Shown piece after piece: positions 25,641-32,000 of a DNA stretch of 32,000 nt. Numbering within the stretch: the stretch's first letter is position 1; the number at the start of each line of letters is the position of its first letter. Under the pieces are notes generated by a model. That model was given only the letters and a program-made list of their open reading frames with translations, was not told where the DNA came from and ran no database searches. The DNA comes from Flavobacteriaceae bacterium (GTDB lineage: Bacteria; Bacteroidota; Bacteroidia; Flavobacteriales; Flavobacteriaceae). The position numbers and the translations under genes were made by a program. The stretch lies in NCBI GenBank assembly GCA_965224465.1, contig OZ245049.1, forward strand, positions 3,060,001-3,092,000, written 5' to 3'.

Positions 25641-27640
25641 AGGTTTTTACAGACGATGCCGAAGTAGAAAATTTTATAAATAATAATAAGAAAGATGATG
25701 ATCGTAAAACATATGATGTAGCAAGCGGAAAAACATTAAAAAAGGCTAAGCCAAGTAACAATTTAAAATTAGGAAATAAAATAAAAATTAAACAACGTAA
25801 AGGTAATTATGTTGAAATAGGATTTGGAAAAATAATTGCTATTATTGAAAAGAAAAATCTAAAAGGGTACAAAAATCATAAAGGTTACCCGATAAAACTT
25901 GACGTTTTTGATGACGTTAATGTACTGTATCATGGGTATTTAAAAAAGAATAGTTTATTAAAATGGATAACAGATCAAACTTATGTTAAAAAAGTTGACA
26001 ATAAGTTTGTAACATGCCCTAAAAATGAAGAACCAGGTGATAATTATCCATACAGAAGGTTGTCATTTAATGTTGAAGGAAGTAGTTTATGGGTTGATTC
26101 ATTTGTGTTGCCAGCAGAAACAGCCAATGAAAAAGATGATTGGGTAGCATTAACCCAAGATGTAACTCAAGTATATGAAAAAGAACCAAAAGAAACCGAT
26201 AATGATATTGTGACTACAGAAGCGTTTTCTGTACGAAAAGTAACAGCTACTAAGGATAAAGATGGTATAGAATGGTTACAAGTAAAAGGTAAAAGAAAAC
26301 ATAAAGATAAACAAGGTTGGATAAAATTAAGTGAACTAACAGAGATAAACCCATATGAATGGAAAGGTGATACGTATGGATGGCAAATCCTTAATGATAC
26401 CGGATCACAATACTTTTATCAATTTGGAGATTCTGTAGAAAATACCGAGCCTCATAATTTTGTTACTACATTATGGGAGCAATTAAAGCAATACGATAGC
26501 GATAATGATAAAGTGTTAAGCGTATATGAGTTACAAAAAGCAAGAAGTTCAGAAGCAGGAGCTAAAATACTAAGTAAATTTATATGTAAGCATTTTAGTG
26601 AGTGGGATACTAATAGCAAAATAAGAGATTTTAAAACTGAGGTAGAAAATATTTATAAAAAAGGAATAGAGCAAGAAACAGTTAAAGCTGAGATAACAGC
26701 TTTAGAAGAGGCAAGAGATAATAAAATAGCACTCTTAGAAGATAAAATTAATAACCTTTGTTTTTGGGATAAAATCCAAACAGGAGATCTTGTACCTACC
26801 AGTAAACGTAAACAAGATTATATTGACAAACATAAACCTGTGCGTACAAGTATGTTACCGAAAGGCACAAGTAAAGAAGAGATTCGTTTAGCAAAAGAGT
26901 TTGATGACTTAGAGAAAGAAAGAACTCCGAGAGAGTTTCCTGCTGATTCTAATGTGTATCACTTCCACCCTATTGCATTTGTGGAACAGATGAAGATGAT
27001 ATGTGCTGCTACTACACCGCCTTGGATGGAGGTGGCTTTAGCAGAAGCTAAAAAAGCTAAGTTTATTAGAGAAACTTTGAGTCCAACATCTGAAATGGCT
27101 AATAAATACCATACTTATGTAGGGATACCTAAAGCTACTGGTTCTACAGCTTGGTGTGCCTCTTTTGTTAATTGGTGTTTAAACGAATCTGGTCAAAAAA
27201 GTGTAAAATCAGCGGGTTCACAAAGTATACTTTGGAATGAAGGAAAACTATTTAAGCGTATTAATGAACCGGTATATGGTTGTATTGTTTTATTAACTAA
27301 TTATGTTAAAAGTAATGGTAAACAAACTTCTAATGGACACGTTACTTTTTTATACGGAATTGATTCTAACGATAATTTAATATGCTTAGGAGGAAATCAA
27401 CGTGATACAATAAAGTTTTCTAGATATAAAAAAAAAGGAGTTTTAGCTACTTTTCGACAGTATCAAAAATCAGAAGGAGGTAAAGTTTTTGTGGAGCAAA
27501 AATTTAATGGCTTCTTTTTACCAATTGATTATTCTCCTACAAATAGTAAACAACCAGATGTTGTAAATATGAAAAAATTAAATAATGAACTGGCTGGTAA
27601 AGCTGTGAAATCTGATGGGGAAAATGAAAAAACTACTTAG
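25604..27640 (+). CDS. Polymorphic effector, C-terminal segment: end of the M23-like domain, EF-hand-like loop, and a TIGR02594/NlpC-P60-superfamily peptidoglycan amidase-like domain
   Basis: The frame is open from 25604, but the first canonical start is TTG at 26060. STVHLEVFTDD continues the M23-like domain. DSDNDKVLSVYE (26495-26530) fits an EF-hand loop. C-terminus: PPWMEVALAE...STAWCASFVNWCL...NGHVTFLYG...LGGNQRDTI, which is the TIGR02594 pattern. Confidence 0.7.
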   Translation: MEKQEQYSTVHLEVFTDDAEVENFINNNKKDDDRKTYDVASGKTLKKAKPSNNLKLGNKIKIKQRKGNYVEIGFGKIIAIIEKKNLKGYKNHKGYPIKLDVFDDVNVLYHGYLKKNSLLKWITDQTYVKKVDNKFVTCPKNEEPGDNYPYRRLSFNVEGSSLWVDSFVLPAETANEKDDWVALTQDVTQVYEKEPKETDNDIVTTEAFSVRKVTATKDKDGIEWLQVKGKRKHKDKQGWIKLSELTEINPYEWKGDTYGWQILNDTGSQYFYQFGDSVENTEPHNFVTTLWEQLKQYDSDNDKVLSVYELQKARSSEAGAKILSKFICKHFSEWDTNSKIRDFKTEVENIYKKGIEQETVKAEITALEEARDNKIALLEDKINNLCFWDKIQTGDLVPTSKRKQDYIDKHKPVRTSMLPKGTSKEEIRLAKEFDDLEKERTPREFPADSNVYHFHPIAFVEQMKMICAATTPPWMEVALAEAKKAKFIRETLSPTSEMANKYHTYVGIPKATGSTAWCASFVNWCLNESGQKSVKSAGSQSILWNEGKLFKRINEPVYGCIVLLTNYVKSNGKQTSNGHVTFLYGIDSNDNLICLGGNQRDTIKFSRYKKKGVLATFRQYQKSEGGKVFVEQKFNGFFLPIDYSPTNSKQPDVVNMKKLNNELAGKAVKSDGENEKTT

Positions 27641-28073
27641 TATACTGGTACTACTTTTTGGAATGTCTACTTGTAAGAAAGTTTCTAAAATCAATCCTGC
27701 AAAAGTAATAGTAGTTAACGAACAGCTTGAAAAGATAGTTTCGGAAAAAGAACAAACTATTGAATATTTTTTAAAACAATTACAAATTGCAGTTGAAAAA
27801 AAAGATATTGATAACATAGAAAATAAAATAATATTTCCGCTAAAGTTTAGTAGTGGTGGAGAATCTATTTTTTACAATAACTATCAAGAGATTAAAGAAG
27901 ATGGAAGCAATGAAGAATTTTCAAAAATACTAGAAGCAAAATTTATAGGAATTGAGGATGGATTTTATATGATAGAATATCAAGATCCACAAAGTATAGA
28001 TTATTTTATTACTTTTTATTTTATTAAAAGTATTGATGGTTTTAAATTAAAGAGTTTTTCAGAACCTTATTAA
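27615..28073 (+). CDS. Lipoprotein, candidate cognate immunity protein 1
   Basis: Signal peptide plus lipobox (LLFGMSTC). Overlaps the effector 3' end by 26 nt. Small periplasm-facing protein immediately after a cell-wall-targeting toxin domain. Confidence 0.6.
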   Translation: MGKMKKLLSILVLLFGMSTCKKVSKINPAKVIVVNEQLEKIVSEKEQTIEYFLKQLQIAVEKKDIDNIENKIIFPLKFSSGGESIFYNNYQEIKEDGSNEEFSKILEAKFIGIEDGFYMIEYQDPQSIDYFITFYFIKSIDGFKLKSFSEPY

Positions 28074-28117
28074 AAAAACTAAACGGTGAATTAATTAAAA
28101 ATATTGAAGATGCTTTT

Positions 28118-28399
28118 GTGGGAGCTGTAATAGTTTTCTCGCATTCCCATGTAGCTTTTATTGCTGGACAATCTAAAGACAAAAAAAGTTTAATTTATTT
28201 AGGAGGTAACCAATCAGATGGAGCTACAAATGATGGACCGGGAAAAAGAACAATTTGTACAAATCCAAAATCTAAATCAGGTTTTAATACAAAGTTTTGG
28301 TTAGTAAAACCAAAAAATTATCCTTTAAATTCAAATAAAGAATTACCTATAATATCTTCAGATGGAAAAGAATTAGGTTATAAAGAAACACATAACTAA
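28118..28399 (+). pseudogene. Orphan 3' fragment of a second TIGR02594-like toxin domain (lacks the Cys-bearing N-terminal half)
   Basis: GAVIVFSHSHVAFIAG...LIYLGGNQSD aligns with GCIVLL...NGHVTFLYG...LICLGGNQRD of the main effector. No WCA-type nucleophile block and no pre-toxin junction upstream. Confidence 0.6.
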
Positions 28400-28401
28400 T
28401 T

Positions 28402-29040
28402 ATGAAAACATATAATAATATTAGATTACTATTAATTGCAATAATTTTCTTAACAATTATTTCTTGTAAGAATAATAAAGAAACCCCTAAAAACAATCAT
28501 GTTTCAATATATTTAAAAACAAAAACGGAAGCAAAAAAACAAGACAGTACAAAAAAACAAATATTTGATGACAAAGAATTAAAAAATATTTTAAAACAAC
28601 AATTAGCGAAGGGTAAATCTGCTTTGTATGATGATTCTTTTGATGTTGTGACCTATAAATATAGTCAGAAGGATTTAGATGTCATTCTACCTTTTTTGAA
28701 GGAAAATCTAATCGGTTATGATGTTCCTTCAAATATAAAGTTTAAAAAAATAATCAAACAGATATTTGGTAGAACTGTTGATTTTGCAAGTAATTCAAAT
28801 TATTTATATGTGAATTTTAATAATAAATTAGATAGAGCTAAAAAGTTTTATAGAAATGATAATTCAATTCAAATAAACCCTTTCGCTATATTTATTATTA
28901 AAAAGGGTAATTTTATAACACCTCTTTATTCTGTAGCAGAGATTTTAAATTACAAAAATATATATCCAGAAATATCTAAATTTGAAAATAAAGTTAAAAT
29001 CAATCAAAAAAATAAAAATGGTGAATCAATAAAGGGCTGA
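28402..29040 (+). CDS. Lipoprotein, candidate immunity protein 2, 3' end interrupted by IS30
   Basis: Signal peptide plus lipobox (LTIISC). Starts 2 nt after the orphan fragment. Its stop codon TGA (29038-29040) is at the IS terminal inverted repeat. Confidence 0.55.
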   Translation: MKTYNNIRLLLIAIIFLTIISCKNNKETPKNNHVSIYLKTKTEAKKQDSTKKQIFDDKELKNILKQQLAKGKSALYDDSFDVVTYKYSQKDLDVILPFLKENLIGYDVPSNIKFKKIIKQIFGRTVDFASNSNYLYVNFNNKLDRAKKFYRNDNSIQINPFAIFIIKKGNFITPLYSVAEILNYKNIYPEISKFENKVKINQKNKNGESIKG

Positions 29041-30160
29041 ATTCAACTTATAAACGCAACTTTTTGGTTAAACAATAATTGATTCATTACAAATATAGGG
29101 TTTTGATATGAAAACCTTTTCCTAGGCCTTCTATTTAATTTTCCTTCCACCTGTTTTATCATCTGCTTAGTTAATATCGAAAAGTCACTTCCTTTAGGGA
29201 AATATTGCCGAATAAGCCCATTTAAATTTTCATTAGATCCTCTTTCCCATGAATGGTAAGGATGTGCAAAATAATAATCGATTCCTAAAAATTCAGCTAC
29301 TTTTTTATGTCCTGCAAACTCTTTTCCGTTATCAGCTGTTATAGTGTTTATATACGGTATCCAATCTTCTAAAAGCTCATTAATAGCAGCTGTTACAACA
29401 GAAGATTCTTTAGATGCTATTTTTTTCATCTTTAGCATCCCAGAAGCCCTGTCATTGATTGTAAGAATGGCTTGATGATGATTTTTTCCAATTATTAAAT
29501 CCACTTCTAAATCTCCAAAACGTTCTCTTTTCTCCACTATATCTGGTCGTTTTTCAATACTAATTCGATCTTTAATAATACCACGTGAGTCCTTGAATGC
29601 CCCTCGTTTCCTGTACTTCCTTCCTTGTCTTCTTAAATGAGTATAGAGTGTGCCTTTATGCTTCTTATCTTGCCAGATATGCTGATAAATACGTTCTACT
29701 GAAACAACTTCTTTTCCTTGCTTAGTAAGTATTCCAACCACTTGTTCTGGACTATAATCATCACGTAACAGCTTTTCAACCTCGCTTCTTATCTTCTCAG
29801 TAAACCTAATGTGCTTTCGCTTTTTCTTATGTCTATCCTTCCACTTTCTATGTGCTAATTCGTATTCATAGGAGCCGCTACGAGCATCGCAATTACGTTT
29901 GCATTCTCTACTTATAGTGCTTTTATGTTTCCCTATAGCCAAGGCTATTTTGGACTTAGAATACCCCTGTGATAACATACAGGTAATTGTGTATCTTTGT
30001 TCTTTGGTTAAATGTGCCATACTACTTCTTTTTCAGAGACTTGAGGGCGTAAGGTAACTATTCCATCAAAACATGAAGGAGAGGTGACTCTCTTTCTGTT
30101 TTGAAAAATAAACCTTAGAAACTCTCAAATCTAAGAAGTTGCATTTACTACTTGAATTTA
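29038..30160 (-). mobile_element. IS30-family insertion sequence (~1.12 kb)
   Basis: Terminal inverted repeats: aattcaacttataaacgcaactt (29040-29062) against the reverse complement of aagttgcatttactacttgaatt (30136-30158), about 19/23 matches. A single transposase ORF lies inside. The exact ends and the target-site duplication are not resolved. Confidence 0.8.
29043..30020 (-). CDS. IS30 family transposase
   Basis: N-terminal HTH (GYSKSKIALAIGKHKSTISRECKRN). DDE region (LEVDLIIG ... ITADNGKEF ... HSWERGSNENLNGLIRQYFPK). Confidence 0.95.
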   Translation of the reverse strand: MAHLTKEQRYTITCMLSQGYSKSKIALAIGKHKSTISRECKRNCDARSGSYEYELAHRKWKDRHKKKRKHIRFTEKIRSEVEKLLRDDYSPEQVVGILTKQGKEVVSVERIYQHIWQDKKHKGTLYTHLRRQGRKYRKRGAFKDSRGIIKDRISIEKRPDIVEKRERFGDLEVDLIIGKNHHQAILTINDRASGMLKMKKIASKESSVVTAAINELLEDWIPYINTITADNGKEFAGHKKVAEFLGIDYYFAHPYHSWERGSNENLNGLIRQYFPKGSDFSILTKQMIKQVEGKLNRRPRKRFSYQNPIFVMNQLLFNQKVAFIS

Positions 30161-30161
30161 A

Positions 30162-30371
30162 GAGGTATTTAAATGGAGTGAAGACAAAGAAAATAATATT
30201 TCAAATAATTTAAAAACATTTGTAGCTAGAAATAAATATCTTTTTAATAACGATAAAAGCCAATTAGATTGGCTACTAAAAAACGACGAAGAGTTTATGG
30301 AAGCGTTGATAAGGGTTTATAATTATTCTAAAGACCAAAAACATAAAGATTGGTATGCTAAAAGAAATTAA
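30162..30371 (+). pseudogene. Displaced 3' end of the IS-interrupted immunity gene (probable)
   Basis: 69-codon open frame with no start codon beginning right at the IS end: EVFKWSEDKENNISNNLKTFVARNKYLFNNDKSQLDWLLKNDEEFMEALIRVYNYSKDQKHKDWYAKRN*. Frame continuity across the IS could not be reconstructed exactly. Confidence 0.4.
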
Positions 30372-30466
30372 ATACAAATACGAACACATTGATAAACATA
30401 AATATGGACACATCAGTATGCCTCCTAAAGGATTGAGTTAAAAGACAATTTTCAACTAATTCTAAT

Positions 30467-31090
30467 GTGTATCATTTTCACCCGATTGCATTTGTGGAAC
30501 AGATGAAGTTGATTGCTGGGGAACTTGATATTAAATCTGGTATTGAGTGGTTAGACTCTATTGCTATAAATCAGGAAAAAGCAGGGGTAAAATCTAATTA
30601 TAAGGTTTTATATGTTCAAGAAGGGCCTAAATTGAGAACGTCAGATTCAGATGAAGCCTTAAAATATTCCGATTGTTCAGAATTAGTCTGTAGATTTTTA
30701 AATAAAATAGGGTGGAGTAAAAAAGTTAAACACTTAAACACTTCTGCTTTGTATTCATTTGCGCAGAAAAACCCAAATTTATTAGAAAAACATGACAAAG
30801 ATTATGTTCCTCAAAAAGGAGGTATTTTTCTTTGGGCTAACAAAGCAGGTTCAAATGGTCATACGGGAATTGTTGTAGATTATGACAGTAAAATTGATGT
30901 TGTAACTACAATTGAAGCTATTAATTTTAAAGAAAGACCTTATGGTGCTACAAGTAGTATCAAATTACAAGGAGTTGTTAAAGCTAAGTGGAAAAGAAAA
31001 TCAAGTCACTTAATGAGTCATCCATTAATAACTACTAGATATGAAGCACACCCTTGTAGATTCTATTCTCCTAAAAAATCAGATAAATAA
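30467..31090 (+). CDS. Orphan toxin module: NlpC/P60- or CHAP-like cysteine peptidase domain preceded by the conserved pre-toxin junction
   Basis: Begins NVYHFHPIAFVEQMK, which is 47/50 nt identical to 26946-26995 of the main effector. Nucleophile-like YSDCSELVCRFL and GSNGHTGIVVDY. No N-terminal delivery region. A degenerate, stop-containing homology block (30388-30445) lies upstream. Confidence 0.65.
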   Translation: MYHFHPIAFVEQMKLIAGELDIKSGIEWLDSIAINQEKAGVKSNYKVLYVQEGPKLRTSDSDEALKYSDCSELVCRFLNKIGWSKKVKHLNTSALYSFAQKNPNLLEKHDKDYVPQKGGIFLWANKAGSNGHTGIVVDYDSKIDVVTTIEAINFKERPYGATSSIKLQGVVKAKWKRKSSHLMSHPLITTRYEAHPCRFYSPKKSDK

Positions 31091-31100
31091 TATTTACACT

Positions 31101-31769
31101 ATGAAAAAAACAAATTATTATATCTTATTAGGATTGATATTTTTATTAATATGTTGTAAAAATAAGGTTCCTAAAAGTGATTTATTGGGTAGTGAAAATA
31201 CTAATCATTTAATTGAAGAAAATGACCGCAAAGCAGACAGTTCATTAATTTTAGAAAAAGCTATAAATTTTGATGAGATTTATAATATTCTTTTAAATTC
31301 ATACCAAAAAAGAAATAACAAATTAGTTAAAAAGCTAGATAATAATTATTTGGAAAAATTAATTATAAAAAATAAAATTTCAAAAATTAATATAGATAAG
31401 TACGTGCAAATCAATTTCTTCTTAACTTTTTTAGATCAAAATAAAGATTACGGCGAATCATTATATGATGTTTTACCAATTAATGAGTTTGAGCCATCAA
31501 AGGATGCATATAAATATGTTGAAAGACCTTTTAATTATTTAGAAAATAATATAGAAGAAATAATAGAGAAAGTTGATTTAAAAAAAAATGATCCATTATG
31601 GGTTAAATATTACCTAAGTGAAGAAGGAATAAATAATATGCTTACGTTCTATGACAAGCAAATTAATTTTAAAAAATACTCTACTCTACTTAATCTTCTG
31701 AAGAAAGAACCTTTATTAATCCAATTCGAAAATACAGAACGAATAATTAAAGAAATAAGCGAAAAATAA
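31101..31769 (+). CDS. Lipoprotein, candidate immunity protein 3
   Basis: MKKTNYYILLGLIFLLICC lipobox. I prefer the ATG at 31101 to the track start at 31041, which overlaps the toxin module. Directly follows the orphan toxin. Confidence 0.6.
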   Translation: MKKTNYYILLGLIFLLICCKNKVPKSDLLGSENTNHLIEENDRKADSSLILEKAINFDEIYNILLNSYQKRNNKLVKKLDNNYLEKLIIKNKISKINIDKYVQINFFLTFLDQNKDYGESLYDVLPINEFEPSKDAYKYVERPFNYLENNIEEIIEKVDLKKNDPLWVKYYLSEEGINNMLTFYDKQINFKKYSTLLNLLKKEPLLIQFENTERIIKEISEK

Positions 31770-32000
31770 CCGAGTATCTTTCTCGTACTCACAACAAAAA
31801 CAAGACTATGCTCCCCCGCTGGCGCAAGCAGAACAAATAGCCTGGTAAAGGCTAGTGCGAGTGTCACGCTCGTACCGTTAAGAGTAAGAAAAGAAATGAT
31901 ACGCTTAAATAATTCAGAAGAGAGAACAGGAAAATAAAATAGAGGGTTTAGTTTGTTTAACGGCACAAGCAAGATGTTTGTGCGAGCGAGGCATGAGCGA

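Noticed and set aside
31649-31972. Minus-strand ORF of 107 aa
   Set aside because: It overlaps the 3' end of the well-supported lipoprotein gene on the opposite strand and otherwise runs through a GC-rich hairpin region. It has a low-complexity hydrophobic translation and no recognisable motifs.

Overview
AT-rich window that looks like a Bacteroidota (Flavobacteriia-like) chromosome, judged from the lipoprotein 'SC/CK' signal boxes, a TonB-dependent receptor next to a DUF4374-type lipoprotein, and the ABC-permease/M1 fusion. All calls come from reading the ORF translations and DNA by eye; no searches were run.

The window has three parts:

(1) 1-18 kb holds ordinary accessory and housekeeping genes. 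These are an ABC ATPase with a permease/M1-like fusion, a YceI-like lipoprotein with DoxX, a TonB-dependent receptor with a DUF4374-like lipoprotein and a divergent AraC regulator, a TolC-HlyD-ABC2 efflux operon flanked by two Crp/Fnr regulators, and a DUF418-like membrane protein. A ~80-100 bp interspersed repeat (R1) punctuates this region.

(2) 18-24 kb holds two tandem cassettes with the same architecture. Each has R1, then a tyrosine-recombinase 3'-end remnant, then cargo, then a ~260 bp conserved element (R2) that may be a structured RNA.
- The first cassette carries a decayed nuclease-type pseudogene and a Bro-N gene.
- The second carries an intact GHKL-ATPase/PD-(D/E)xK (Shedu-like) fusion plus a cytoplasmic trypsin-fold protease. 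This pair is my best candidate for an undescribed defence module.

(3) 24-32 kb is a PAAR-led polymorphic-toxin locus. It contains a large frameshifted peptidoglycan-hydrolase effector (M23-like plus TIGR02594/NlpC-P60-like), lipoprotein immunity candidates, two orphan toxin modules and an IS30 insertion.

No rRNA, tRNA or CRISPR array was seen.
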